From: Chitinophagales bacterium
GTDB lineage: Bacteria > Bacteroidota > Bacteroidia > Chitinophagales > JADIYW01
DNA length: 64,000 nt
Assembly: GCA_046329805.1 (NCBI GenBank)
Contig: JAXLUA010000003.1
Span: forward strand, 134,327 to 198,326
Direction: 5' to 3'
The translations under genes and the position numbers were made by a program. Shown piece by piece: positions 9,254 through 20,573 of this stretch. A model generated the notes under the pieces. It had not been told where the DNA came from, did no database searches, and saw nothing but the letters and a program-made list of their open reading frames with translations. Numbering within the stretch: the stretch's first letter is position 1; each line of letters begins with the position of its first letter.

Positions 9254-10648
9254 CTATCTAATCAAGGTATAAGTTAAGTTAAATTTCAATTTAAACCTAG
9301 GGTCAGAATAATTTGAACCGGCTACTATTACCCTAGAAGGAATATAACCAATATTTATTGAGGGTGTGCCAATACTATTTAATACATTTACAGTACCATC
9401 CGCACCTGCATATCGGTAAGTGGCTAGATACAAATCTGTATTATTAGTTGTTCCTACAGATATAGACTGCATGTATTTAGAAATATTAAAATTATATCTT
9501 GCAATTTTATTTCCAAAGATATCCACTCCACTAGTATCAATTATACTACCCCCATCGCCAGTAGATAATATATCTAAATTGCCATCTGCATTTCTTTTTA
9601 AGATTATGAAATAAAATGGACGTGTATAATTCAGATTTGAGTTTTGCATAACTTGTGCTACTGTGATGACAGCTTGGTTTACAGCAATTTTCCCTAAATT
9701 AGGCAATGTAGGAAGTGATAATTTAAGTAACGTTCCACCCTGTCCTAATATATAATTTATAGAATCTGTCATTTGTCCGGAGCTAATCGTGTTTTGCACG
9801 TCGCCGGATAATGTATTGGAAAATAAATTTATCCCGTTCACCCGTGTTCCCGCTACTCCGTTTGTATATTTTACAATAGCTGAGTACATCCGCATTTCTT
9901 TTGCTTTGTTGTATTTATCTTTATAAAAAATAGCAATTGATGTTAGCGGTGAAGACAAATCTACTTCTGCCATAGCCTTACCGATAGTTGTGCTATTATC
10001 GACACGTACGCCCGGAAATGCATTTTTAAATAAGGAGGAATCGCGCAATACCGTTTGCCCCAAGCTCATAATAGTATTTCCCAGCGTGTTATTTAGTTTT
10101 ATCCGAACAATACTTGGCAAACCCACGGTATCGGATGTAGAGATATGCACCGGGTTGGTGGTGGGTGTAAAATAATAATTGCTCACGCCACCCAAGTTGC
10201 CGGTTGCCGGAAATGCGGTGGTATTGGAATAATACGCTTGATTTTCGTTTATTTTATTGCCAATGGTGCTTACGTCAAAACTTTGAGGCACAGTGGTATC
10301 ACCATATACGGAATTATATTTTAGAAACATAACTACGGAGTCGATCGTATAAGTTGTATTTAAAGTATCGTCATATACTGCAGTCGGTTTATCCAATTCC
10401 ATTACTATACTAGCTTGCTGAAACCCGAATTTAGTATCGTTTATTACGCCCAAATAATTTTTTGCTAATTTGTCGGTTCGCAGAAAAGAATCGGCTATTG
10501 TTTTGCTATTTACAGTAAGCGTATCGGTATGGCGAACGTTCAGCAAGTCATCGCCGGGCAATATATCTGCACCAATGCTACTGTCTTTTTTACATCCGGC
10601 AACAAAGGCAATCAACAAAATTAAAAGGGAAAAATAAATTCTTTTCAT
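9254..10648 (-). CDS. Lipoprotein of unknown function (DUF4270-like by gene context)
   Basis: Lipobox LIAFVAGC. Lies between the glgA-like gene and glmS, an arrangement I recall as conserved in Bacteroidota. The family name is recalled from memory and not verified. Confidence 0.6.
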   Translation of the reverse strand: MKRIYFSLLILLIAFVAGCKKDSSIGADILPGDDLLNVRHTDTLTVNSKTIADSFLRTDKLAKNYLGVINDTKFGFQQASIVMELDKPTAVYDDTLNTTYTIDSVVMFLKYNSVYGDTTVPQSFDVSTIGNKINENQAYYSNTTAFPATGNLGGVSNYYFTPTTNPVHISTSDTVGLPSIVRIKLNNTLGNTIMSLGQTVLRDSSLFKNAFPGVRVDNSTTIGKAMAEVDLSSPLTSIAIFYKDKYNKAKEMRMYSAIVKYTNGVAGTRVNGINLFSNTLSGDVQNTISSGQMTDSINYILGQGGTLLKLSLPTLPNLGKIAVNQAVITVAQVMQNSNLNYTRPFYFIILKRNADGNLDILSTGDGGSIIDTSGVDIFGNKIARYNFNISKYMQSISVGTTNNTDLYLATYRYAGADGTVNVLNSIGTPSINIGYIPSRVIVAGSNYSDPRFKLKFNLTYTLIR

Positions 10649-10671
10649 GTAAGTATCCGGTTCTATTATAA

Positions 10672-11478
10672 CTACAATAAGGATTGATAAAATTCAGCGT
10701 ATTTTACGGTCATATTATCTAAATCTTGATATTCTAAAAATGGCTTTTTACCTATTACTTTTTTTATGGCTGCCATATTTTCTATGTTTTCTGTGCCTTG
10801 TACAATGGCGTCTGCATATTGTGCTCCTCCTAAAGTAATAGCTTCATTCGTTAGTTCTTTAAAAACAGCCAAATCTTTTTCTTTGATATCCTCTCCTATT
10901 AACGCTGTTTTTAGGAAATTCTTGTTTAGCTTATCTGAGAATGACTTTTCATACACGCTATACACCATTTTTGTATGGGCAAATACCGGGTCTTTGGCGT
11001 ATTGTGTTTTTAAATATAGCGGAATCAAACTGCTCATCCAGCCGTGGCAATGGATGATATTAGGATGCCAACCGAACTTCTTTACGGTTTCCATCGTTGC
11101 CTTACAGAAAAACACCATACGTTCTGCATTGTCGTCGAAGAATTTTTCTTCTTCATCTTCAAACACTGTTTTTCGTTTAAAAAACTCTTCGTTATCTAAG
11201 AAATACACTTGTATTCTTGCACCGGGCAAAGAGGCTACTTTTATTATCAAGGGATAATCATCATTATTAATAATGATATTTATTCCGGACAAGCGAACTA
11301 CTTCATGCAATCGGTTTCTGCGTTCATTAATAATTCCAAATCTTGGCATTAACACTCTTACCTCTAATCCGCTATCATTAATATAGGGAGCTAATTTTTT
11401 TACAATGCTACCTGCTTCGGTTAAAACCAAATACGGATCCATTTCTTGGGTTACATACAACAATTTTTTTCTTTCCAT
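10672..11478 (-). CDS. Glycogen/starch synthase-like protein (short, N-terminal GT5 domain type)
   Basis: LLYVTQEMDPY...GLEVRVLMPRFG..NERRNRLHEVVRLSG resembles the GlgA N-terminal domain. 268-aa short form. Confidence 0.75.
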   Translation of the reverse strand: MERKKLLYVTQEMDPYLVLTEAGSIVKKLAPYINDSGLEVRVLMPRFGIINERRNRLHEVVRLSGINIIINNDDYPLIIKVASLPGARIQVYFLDNEEFFKRKTVFEDEEEKFFDDNAERMVFFCKATMETVKKFGWHPNIIHCHGWMSSLIPLYLKTQYAKDPVFAHTKMVYSVYEKSFSDKLNKNFLKTALIGEDIKEKDLAVFKELTNEAITLGGAQYADAIVQGTENIENMAAIKKVIGKKPFLEYQDLDNMTVKYAEFYQSLL

Positions 11479-11675
11479 GCGCCTCTTATGCTATTTTGTT
11501 ACTATTTATGGTTAAATAAGTTGCAAAGGTACGCATTAAAAGTGGTATAATTGTTTTGCTATAGAATATAAAAACAGATTTTAAGTATTCTTTACACTCT
11601 ATTTTAAATAAATTTGTAGCTAAATTTCAGGTTTATTCTAAAATAATACCGAAATTATAACTAAAAATAAATTAC

Positions 11676-12527
11676 GTGCAAGTTTTTCAGACAGCAGCAG
11701 ATATTCAAAATTACTTACTGAATATCAATCAATTAAAAGAAAATACTATCGGCTTTGTACCTACGATGGGCGCATTACATGCCGGGCATATTTCTTTAAT
11801 ACAAGCCTCAAAAAAGCAAACCTCGCTTACTGTTTGTAGTATTTTTGTAAATCCTACGCAATTTAATGATCAAAAAGATTTTGAAAAATATCCGATACAC
11901 CTCGACAAAGACTTGGAAATGCTTTTAGCGGCAGGATGTGATATCGTTTTCATACCATCGGTAGAAGAAATATACCCTACCGGAACAACCGAAAAACCGG
12001 CGATAGAACTTGGATATATTGGCAAAACATTAGATGCGACGCAGCGACCGGGGCACTTCGAAGGAGTAGTACAAGTAGTAAAACGCTTATTGGACATTGT
12101 CCAACCCGATTTTCTCTTTTTGGGGCAAAAGGATTACCAGCAATGCATGGTTTTATCTCGTTTAATTGAGCACTTTCAATTGCCTATAAAAATAATGATT
12201 TGTGAAACAATGCGTGAAACAGACGGATTAGCCATGAGCAGCCGCAATGCAAGGCTCAACCCAGAAGAGCGTGCAGCAGCCGCAAAACTTTCACAAGCTT
12301 TAATTTATATTAAAGAACATATTTCGCAAAAGCCAATTGCGGTATTAATTCAAGATCAACTAAATATACTGGCTGAAGATGCATTAATAAAAACAGAATA
12401 TTTAGTAGTCGTAAATGGAAAAACATTAAAACCAATAGACGAATACCAAAAAGAAACACCGACAACGGTACTAATAGCTGCAAAGGTAGGCGAGGTACGA
12501 CTGATTGACAATATGATTATTCAGTAA
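11676..12527 (+). CDS. panC: Pantoate--beta-alanine ligase
   Basis: GFVPTMGALHAGHISLI (HxGH-type motif), ..MSSRNARL. 283 aa, GTG start. Confidence 0.95.
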   Translation: MQVFQTAADIQNYLLNINQLKENTIGFVPTMGALHAGHISLIQASKKQTSLTVCSIFVNPTQFNDQKDFEKYPIHLDKDLEMLLAAGCDIVFIPSVEEIYPTGTTEKPAIELGYIGKTLDATQRPGHFEGVVQVVKRLLDIVQPDFLFLGQKDYQQCMVLSRLIEHFQLPIKIMICETMRETDGLAMSSRNARLNPEERAAAAKLSQALIYIKEHISQKPIAVLIQDQLNILAEDALIKTEYLVVVNGKTLKPIDEYQKETPTTVLIAAKVGEVRLIDNMIIQ

Positions 12528-12623
12528 TACTATTTAGGTTCAATCTTTTATGCGCATTTTCTTAATCCTCTCATAATTTGAATTTTCATAAATATCCATA
12601 ACTTTGTGTCGAATAAAAAAGAT

Positions 12624-12977
12624 ATGTTGATACACGTTTTCAGAGCAAAATTACATCGCGTAGTAGTAACCGAAGCCGATCTCAATTACATGGGAAGCAT
12701 CACTATCGATGAAAATTTATTAGACGCTTCAGGAATAATACCAAATGAGAAGGTACAAGTAGTAAACGTAAATAACGGCGAGCGCTTTGAAACGTATGTA
12801 ATAAAAGGCGAACGTGGCTCCGGACAAATTTGCCTCAACGGACCGGCAGCCCGAAAAGTACAAATGGGCGACAAACTTATCGTAATTGCTTACGGAATGC
12901 TTACGTTAGAAGAAGCAAAAACACACACCCCGGTTTCTGTATATGTGGATGACAACAATCAACCCATAAAACACTAA
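12624..12977 (+). CDS. panD: Aspartate 1-decarboxylase
   Basis: [29 protein letters not shown] contains the self-processing G-S site. ATG at 12624 is preferred over the upstream GTG at 12606. Confidence 0.93.
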   Translation: MLIHVFRAKLHRVVVTEADLNYMGSITIDENLLDASGIIPNEKVQVVNVNNGERFETYVIKGERGSGQICLNGPAARKVQMGDKLIVIAYGMLTLEEAKTHTPVSVYVDDNNQPIKH

Positions 12978-13001
12978 GTAAAATTTGTATCTTCGCTTCT
13001 A

Positions 13002-14000
13002 ATGAAGCACACGAAAACATTTCTAAAAATTTTTGTTTCTTTAGGGTTAGGAATTGGTTTAATTGTTTGGTTTTGGAGCAGCATGTCTGCCACTGAAAAA
13101 ACGGAAACGATTCAAGCTTTTAAAAGAGCCAATTATTTCTGGGTAATACTAGCCCCCCTAATAGGATTTATCGCAAATTTCGCTCGTACACAACGCTGGC
13201 GGCTAATGCTGCGACCAATAGGATATACTCCCGGCTATTGGAATACTTTTCATTCTGTAATGGTAATGTATTTTTTCAATTTATTTGTACCACGTTTAGG
13301 TGAAGTAACCCGCTGCACCATGCTGGCAGAGTATGAGCAAGTACCGGTTGAAAAATCATTGGGAACAATGGTAACAGAACGTCTTTTAGATGTAATTTGT
13401 TTGGGTGGCGTATTTCTGTGTATTCTTTTATTTGTAGGGCAAGAAAATTTCAATGCCATTTACAAAGAATTTAAGCAACTCACGGCGGGCATAAAAGGAG
13501 GAACACTTTCGTTGATTTTAAAATATGCCGTTCCTTTTTTAGTAATTATCGGTATCGGAGGATTTTCTATTTTATATATAAAAAAACATGGATTCAACAA
13601 CTTAAAAACATTGATAGTATCCAAAGTAAAAAGTTTAATATTATCTATTATTTCGATAAAAGACATCAAAGAAAAACCTCAATTTTTACTCCTAACTATT
13701 GCCATGTGGCTATCGTATTTGGTAATGTTTTATGTAAATTATAAAGCATTGCCGGAAACCTCAAATCTACCTTTTTCTTCCGCTTTAGTATGCTTGTTTT
13801 TCGGCTCTTTATCAGTGGTACTTACGCCTGGGGGCATCGGTATTTTCCCAATAGTAATCCAAACTATTTTAGTAGCGTTTTCCATCCAACCGAGTATTGC
13901 CTTAGCCATAGGCATGATAGCGTGGGCGGTGCAAACCTTGGGCGTTTTGATAGGCGGTGTTGCTTCTTTAATTGCATTAAACCTAACAAATAAAAAATAA
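13002..14000 (+). CDS. Polytopic membrane protein, flippase-like / lysyl-PG-synthase TM-region family (UPF0104-like)
   Basis: About 8 predicted TM helices and an ARTQRWRLMLRP motif typical of this family. Confidence 0.6.
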   Translation: MKHTKTFLKIFVSLGLGIGLIVWFWSSMSATEKTETIQAFKRANYFWVILAPLIGFIANFARTQRWRLMLRPIGYTPGYWNTFHSVMVMYFFNLFVPRLGEVTRCTMLAEYEQVPVEKSLGTMVTERLLDVICLGGVFLCILLFVGQENFNAIYKEFKQLTAGIKGGTLSLILKYAVPFLVIIGIGGFSILYIKKHGFNNLKTLIVSKVKSLILSIISIKDIKEKPQFLLLTIAMWLSYLVMFYVNYKALPETSNLPFSSALVCLFFGSLSVVLTPGGIGIFPIVIQTILVAFSIQPSIALAIGMIAWAVQTLGVLIGGVASLIALNLTNKK

Positions 14001-14020
14001 CTTTTATTGTACGATAACTT

Positions 14021-14473
14021 ATGGAAAATAACCTCTCTTCCATATTAAACAAAATACGTAAAGATAACACCATCGTTTTTACAAATGGCTGTTTTGATTT
14101 ATTGCATGAAGGGCATCTGCATTTATTAAAAGAAGCAAAAAAATTAGGCGATATATTAATTATTGGCATAAATGATGATGCTTCCGTAAAACGACTAAAA
14201 GGAAATACTCGTCCTATTGAACAATTGGAAACTCGGATTTTACACTTAAACAATACGGGTTTGGCTGATTTTGTTATTCCTTTTACTGAAGATACTCCGC
14301 TATCATTAATAGAAAAAATACAGCCGCAAATTATTGTAAAAGGCAGCGACTACACCAAAGAAAACATTATAGGAAGCAACATCGCGGAGCAAACGGTCAT
14401 TATTCCGATTATAGAGGGTTTTTCTACTACTAAAAAAATTGAATTTTTACAAAAAAACAGTCCACTGTCCTAA
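14021..14473 (+). CDS. Cytidylyltransferase-fold adenylyltransferase, RfaE domain II-like (D-glycero-beta-D-manno-heptose-1-phosphate adenylyltransferase family)
   Basis: VFTNGCFDLLHEGHLHLLKEAKKLGDILIIGINDD...KG..RP, i.e. the HxGH nucleotidyltransferase signature. 150 aa. Confidence 0.8.
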   Translation: MENNLSSILNKIRKDNTIVFTNGCFDLLHEGHLHLLKEAKKLGDILIIGINDDASVKRLKGNTRPIEQLETRILHLNNTGLADFVIPFTEDTPLSLIEKIQPQIIVKGSDYTKENIIGSNIAEQTVIIPIIEGFSTTKKIEFLQKNSPLS

Positions 14474-14521
14474 TTCATTTTTATAATTTCTTTCCACGTA
14501 CCATTTTACTTTAATTATCCC

Positions 14522-14529
14522 TATTTTTG
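14522..14529 (+). promoter_or_regulatory. Candidate Bacteroidota -7 promoter box for the acyl-CoA dehydrogenase gene
   Basis: tatttttg matches TAnnTTTG, 17 nt upstream of the ATG at 14546. Confidence 0.35.
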
Positions 14530-14545
14530 CAAAAAAACAACACTC

Positions 14546-15757
14546 ATGTTCTCCAATATCAAATTAAAAAGAAATATTTATAGCACAGAAGAACATCTTA
14601 TGTTACAAAAGATGTGTCAGCAATTTATAGAAAAAGAAATAACGCCCTACCATGCCGAATGGGAAGAGCAAGGGCAAGTAAGCCGTGAGGTATGGCTAAA
14701 AGCCGGAGAAGCAGGGTTATTATGCTTAGATGTACCTACAGAATATGGCGGCTCAGGCTTAGATTTTTCATTTTGTGCTTTAATCACCGAAGAAATTTCC
14801 AAAGCAGGATATACCGGTCCCGGATTTTTCTTACATTCTGATATTGTAGCACCGTATATGGTTGACTATGGAACGGAAGCTCAGAAAAAACAATGGCTGC
14901 CCAAAATGGTAAGCGGAGAAGTAATCTCTGCTATAGGAATGACAGAACCGAGTTGTGGCAGTGATTTACAAGCTCTAAAAACTACCGCTATAGATATGGG
15001 CGACCACTATACTATAACGGGGCAAAAAACTTTTATCACGAACGGCTACATGAGCGATATGGCCATTATAGCCGCACGTACCATCATCGACGGAAAAGAC
15101 AACGGTATCTCTCTTTTCATCGTAGAAGCAACACGAGAAGGGTTTTCTAAAGGCAAGCCTTTTAAGAAAGTAGGAATGAAAGCACAAGATACATGCGAAC
15201 TTTTTTTTGATAATGTGCAGCTTCCAAAAGAAAATCTATTAGGCGAAGTGGGCAAAGGGTTTATCTATATGATGCAAAAATTAGGACGCGAGCGTTTGTC
15301 CGTTGCATTGATGTCGTGCGGAGGCGCCGAAGGCGCCTTAGAAAATACCATTGAGTATGTTTCTTCTCGCACAGCCTTCAAACAACCGATTGCTGCTTTC
15401 CAAAATACTCAATTCAAATTAGCCGACTTAGCCACCAAATTACAAATTCACCAAACTTTTATCGATAGATGTGTAGAACTTTATGTAAATGGTGAACTAA
15501 GTGCCGAAGTCGCATCTATGGCTAAGGCTTCTTGCACCGATATGCACTTTGCCTTAGTAGATGAATGCTTACAACTACATGGAGGATATGGCTATATGTG
15601 GGAATACTATATCGCACGGGCGTATGCCGACAACCGAGTAGCACGTATCTATGCCGGTACCAACGAAATTATGAAACTGCTAATTGCCCGCGGCTTATTC
15701 AGAGAAATGCACGAGCAACAAAAACAGAAAAAAAGAGAAGTTGCCATTTCTAATTAA
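14546..15757 (+). CDS. Acyl-CoA dehydrogenase
   Basis: ..GMTEPSCGSDL.., ..QLHGGYGYMWEY.., ..RIYAGTNEIMK.. are typical ACAD motifs. 403 aa. Confidence 0.92.
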   Translation: MFSNIKLKRNIYSTEEHLMLQKMCQQFIEKEITPYHAEWEEQGQVSREVWLKAGEAGLLCLDVPTEYGGSGLDFSFCALITEEISKAGYTGPGFFLHSDIVAPYMVDYGTEAQKKQWLPKMVSGEVISAIGMTEPSCGSDLQALKTTAIDMGDHYTITGQKTFITNGYMSDMAIIAARTIIDGKDNGISLFIVEATREGFSKGKPFKKVGMKAQDTCELFFDNVQLPKENLLGEVGKGFIYMMQKLGRERLSVALMSCGGAEGALENTIEYVSSRTAFKQPIAAFQNTQFKLADLATKLQIHQTFIDRCVELYVNGELSAEVASMAKASCTDMHFALVDECLQLHGGYGYMWEYYIARAYADNRVARIYAGTNEIMKLLIARGLFREMHEQQKQKKREVAISN

Positions 15758-16005
15758 CATTTTAACATATTTACAATATAAATAATATATTTAATCCTAA
15801 ATAAATGAATATAGGAGAAAAGGAGAGGGATTATAATTATCAATTTCATTTTACAAATAGAATAAACCCAATAGAAAAGCTTCGAAAAAAGGATAAAAGT
15901 CCGGATTATGCACAAAAATGACGGTTAGTATCAACGTAAAAATTACTAAATCTTTATTTGTGGACAACTTTGCAGGCTTGATTTTGAAAAGCAAGCACTT
16001 AACCG

Positions 16006-16013
16006 TATTTTTG
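16006..16013 (+). promoter_or_regulatory. Candidate -7 box (with TTTG at 15983..15986 as -33) for atpD-atpC
   Basis: tatttttg matches TAnnTTTG, 40 nt upstream of the atpD ATG. A TTTG lies 19 nt upstream of it. Confidence 0.45.
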
Positions 16014-16034
16014 CACCGATTTTTAAAAACTTAA

Positions 16035-17558
<1,524 letters not shown>

Positions 17559-17650
17559 TGTACGAATTCACCCATTAAGTAATAAAAAAGTACCGTTGAA
17601 TTTCAAAAACTATTACGTTACGGCCTTATTCCTTTATTAAATCAAATACA

Positions 17651-17896
17651 ATGCAATTAAATATTCTTACACCTGAGCAAAAGTTATTTTCCGGCGAAGC
17701 AGATTCTGTACATCTTACCGGAACGGATGGCGTATTTGAGATTTTAAATAATCATGCTCCATTAATTGCTTCTTTGAAAGAAGGTAGTGTAAAAATTAAA
17801 AGTGGAAATCAACAACAAGAGTTTAAATTAAAAAGTGGAATTGTGGAAGTAATAAAAAATAATGTTTCCGTACTTACCGAAGGCGTTATCGAATAA
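17651..17896 (+). CDS. atpC: F0F1 ATP synthase subunit epsilon (short form)
   Basis: 81 aa, directly downstream of atpD. LNILTPEQKLFSGEADSVHLTGTDGVFEILNNHAPLIASL is typical of the epsilon N-domain. Confidence 0.9.
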   Translation: MQLNILTPEQKLFSGEADSVHLTGTDGVFEILNNHAPLIASLKEGSVKIKSGNQQQEFKLKSGIVEVIKNNVSVLTEGVIE

Positions 17897-17916
17897 AAAT
17901 ATCCAATCTTTTACAA

Positions 17917-17949
17917 AGAGGCTGTCAGGTTTGACAGCCTCTTTTTTTT
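17917..17949 (+). terminator. Rho-independent terminator after atpC
   Basis: agaggctgtca-ggtt-tgacagcctct (11-bp perfect stem) followed by a T7 run. Confidence 0.85.
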
Positions 17950-18068
17950 ATACATTTACCGTTTACCTTTAAATTCCGACCGTTTAATAAGTCAAAACGA
18001 AATAATGCATTATATCCATTGACAAATACTAAAAAGTCGTGCATATTTAGGTAACTAAAACTAAAATT

Positions 18069-18458
18069 ATGAAAAATACTACAAAATTATTGGATCTTGC
18101 CACCCGGTTTATTGCTATTGGAATTTTAGGTTATTCTGCATTCTTAAAACTTAGTTCTGCTCCGGCAGCTGTTCATATTTTTGAACGCATAAACATGGAG
18201 GCTACCGGCAGATACTGCGTTGCAGGATTAGAATTGCTCACTATCGCATTGTTACTGTTTCACAAAACAGCGTGGCGCGGAGCTATCTTAGGAATGGTAT
18301 TAATGTTTAGCGCAATTATTGTTCACATTCTTACGAATGAATTTGAAGTATTAGGCGACAAAGGCTTAATGTTTGGCTCTGCTATCGTTACTTTTTTCTG
18401 CTGTATCAGTATTTTAATTAACCAAGCAGATATGGAGGCAGAATTTGCTAAAGACTAA
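18069..18458 (+). CDS. DoxX-family small membrane protein
   Basis: 129 aa, four predicted TM helices, DoxX-like N-terminal pattern (..IGILGYSAFLKL..). The family call is tentative. Confidence 0.55.
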   Translation: MKNTTKLLDLATRFIAIGILGYSAFLKLSSAPAAVHIFERINMEATGRYCVAGLELLTIALLLFHKTAWRGAILGMVLMFSAIIVHILTNEFEVLGDKGLMFGSAIVTFFCCISILINQADMEAEFAKD

Positions 18459-19513
18459 GGCAATATCTTGGGGTTCTTCCATTTAAGTATCCAAATATTT
18501 GGGAGTAGGAATAGCGTGCTAATTAGTAACAGGAAATAGACGTTATTTTGCATCGCTCTAAATTGTTCAATGTACGTTGGTAATCCTGCTAATACAATAG
18601 CGATACCCAAACATACAGCGGTGGCTGTAGCAGGGCGGGTTTGCATGTAATTTTGCATCAACAGCAATGTAATTGGCACTGCACTTTGCAATAAGGCTAC
18701 TCCTATACAAAATAGTACCAAATGGTCTGAACTGAAATTTATAAGTATTACTGCTGCAATAATACTTACAAATACAAATTTCCGCCAATTTACTTTATAG
18801 GTAATATATCCACCGATTAGTTTCCCTAATGCGGCAGAAATCCCTAAACCCCAAAGCCAGCTGTTATCTTTAAAACACATAATATGTACTATATTCCATA
18901 ACAATGAACGAAATGCAATAGCTGCCAATAGTAACAACATAAACGCATCGTGGGTGTCTAATGTAGAAGGTGATATTGTATTGTGGGTGGGTGTATTTTT
19001 ATAAGCAAGAAATGGTATTTTCCATACATAAAACAACAGTGCCGCTACGGGGATTAGGAGTACTAAAATATAAAATGCAGCTACTGGTATTCCGCCCAAT
19101 ATTCCTCCTGAAATCAACCCTATTACCCCGGGTGCTGTGAACATTCCGCTAAGTATAGAATTTTTATTGTCCGATAAAAAACAAACGGTGCCTCCGCTTA
19201 CATGCACAAATGCAGAAGCAATTCCGCTAACTATGATTGCCAAAAAAATAGAAAAAGGCGCAAGTACTATTGCCATAAGCAAACAAATAATGGCAAACAA
19301 ACTAAATGATTTTATTTTATGATTGCTATCCAATAAAATCCCTACGGGCAATTGGCCCGCAAATGCCAATAAACTATACACTAAAAAGCAGGTAGTATTC
19401 AGCAATGCATTATCAGAAACTAACGCTAAATGCGCCAGCAAATAGCCTGCAATAAAATCATTCAGCCCATGTAATATACCAAAAGCGGCAACTCTATTGT
19501 ATGTATTCCTCAT
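18455..19513 (-). CDS. 12-TM membrane protein, MFS-like 6+6 topology, unknown substrate
   Basis: 352 aa. I can delineate about 12 hydrophobic helices split by a polar loop (KNTPTHNTISPSTLDTHD). Last gene of a 5-gene overlapping operon. Confidence 0.65.
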   Translation of the reverse strand: MRNTYNRVAAFGILHGLNDFIAGYLLAHLALVSDNALLNTTCFLVYSLLAFAGQLPVGILLDSNHKIKSFSLFAIICLLMAIVLAPFSIFLAIIVSGIASAFVHVSGGTVCFLSDNKNSILSGMFTAPGVIGLISGGILGGIPVAAFYILVLLIPVAALLFYVWKIPFLAYKNTPTHNTISPSTLDTHDAFMLLLLAAIAFRSLLWNIVHIMCFKDNSWLWGLGISAALGKLIGGYITYKVNWRKFVFVSIIAAVILINFSSDHLVLFCIGVALLQSAVPITLLLMQNYMQTRPATATAVCLGIAIVLAGLPTYIEQFRAMQNNVYFLLLISTLFLLPNIWILKWKNPKILP

Positions 19514-19818
19514 ATTTTAATATGATTTATCCAAACACCTAAAAAGGTGGTGACTGCGTTTTGCACAAAGGAAATTAGCAATGCTTTTAGAAATCTTTGT
19601 TGTAAAAAATAATAAATTATTATGGCCTCCACTAAAGTAACACCGGATTCTAAAACTAAAAGCGGTATTGAGGTGGTATGATATAAAATATTTAATATTG
19701 GCCATGTCAAGCAATTTGCCAATACTAAAATTAAAATGGAATAAGCAAACTGCTTTCTGACAAATAAAAAATAAATAGGAATTTCAATAAAAATGGTTAA
19801 TGCCAAATAGTTAAACAT
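19510..19818 (-). CDS. Small 4-TM membrane protein with Glu in TM1 (102 aa)
   Basis: Overlaps the downstream gene by 4 nt (ATGA). LALTIFIEIPIYFLF has a membrane-embedded Glu. No family recognised. Confidence 0.6.
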   Translation of the reverse strand: MFNYLALTIFIEIPIYFLFVRKQFAYSILILVLANCLTWPILNILYHTTSIPLLVLESGVTLVEAIIIYYFLQQRFLKALLISFVQNAVTTFLGVWINHIKI

Positions 19819-20392
19819 AAGCCTTTTGCATTTTCAATTTGTGCAGCGCTAACAGAGCACTAAAAGCTAAACCTGTAACCATAGTTAATAACAACATTGA
19901 GTGGTCGTTTGTAGTGGAATGGCTTGTGGAATTGTTACTTATTCCACCCAATGCTGCACGTTTTTTGGGACTGTAGCAATCGGGTTTCATCACGGTTTGT
20001 TTATGCGTTAGCTTACCTGTTTTATCGAAGCTAAATTGTATAGCTATATAGGCAACATTACCGGGTATTTGCTGACTATATTTTGCTAAATTCAGTTTAA
20101 AAGAATTGCTTTCTTTTTTGCTTTCATTGTTCACTGCCCACACTTCCAATTCTTGTTCTGTGCCATCTTTGGTTTGCAATAAAAAGGCAGCGTCTTGCTT
20201 TAGTTTGTACGTTTTATTATTAACTGTTTTTCTGGCAAAAAAGGTATAGTTTGAAAAACTATCAACATTGGCAAAATAATATTTGGTGTTTAGCTTATCC
20301 GATTTCGGCAAAGCGATATCTGCCCAAGCAGAAGAACAATTAATTGCAAAGACTGCTACTAAGAGAAATTTAATAATGTGCATTTTTTTCAT
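19811..20392 (-). CDS. Exported protein with C-terminal TM anchor (193 aa)
   Basis: Signal peptide ..CSSAWA followed by DIALPK. C-terminus SHSTTN-DHS-MLLLTMVTGLAFSALLAL-HKLKMQKAYV. Overlaps the next gene by 8 nt. Confidence 0.65.
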   Translation of the reverse strand: MKKMHIIKFLLVAVFAINCSSAWADIALPKSDKLNTKYYFANVDSFSNYTFFARKTVNNKTYKLKQDAAFLLQTKDGTEQELEVWAVNNESKKESNSFKLNLAKYSQQIPGNVAYIAIQFSFDKTGKLTHKQTVMKPDCYSPKKRAALGGISNNSTSHSTTNDHSMLLLTMVTGLAFSALLALHKLKMQKAYV

Positions 20393-20570
20393 TTTTAAGG
20401 GTTTTTAAAAACAACAATAAACCTACTGCCAATAGTATCAACAATACCCAAGGTAATAAATTTGTTGTTGTATATGATTCTATATTATGTCCATTTTTAT
20501 CCACCGGAATATCTGCAAAGGTTCGCAGTACAGCAAGAAGAACTACAAGAAAGGTGTTTATCTTTTTCAT
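20370..20570 (-). CDS. Mini-paralogue of the 193-aa protein (66 aa): signal peptide plus C-terminal TM anchor
   Basis: ..RTFA followed by DIPVDK. C-terminus SYTTTN-LLPWVLLILLAVGLLLFL-KTLKNEKNAHY. Overlaps the next gene by 23 nt. Confidence 0.55.
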   Translation of the reverse strand: MKKINTFLVVLLAVLRTFADIPVDKNGHNIESYTTTNLLPWVLLILLAVGLLLFLKTLKNEKNAHY

Positions 20571-20573
20571 CTT

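Noticed and set aside
13790-14253. Overlapping ORFs 13790..13993 (+), 13864..14253 (-) and 13250..13669 (-) around the flippase-like and rfaE-like genes.
   Set aside because: They overlap well-supported genes in other frames or strands and have no independent start context or motifs.
15805-15921. 38-codon ORF (MNIGEKERDYNYQFHFTNRINPIEKLRKKDKSPDYAQK) in the 295-nt spacer upstream of atpD.
   Set aside because: It has no recognisable features and no obvious promoter or coupling. The spacer is better explained as the atpD promoter/leader region.
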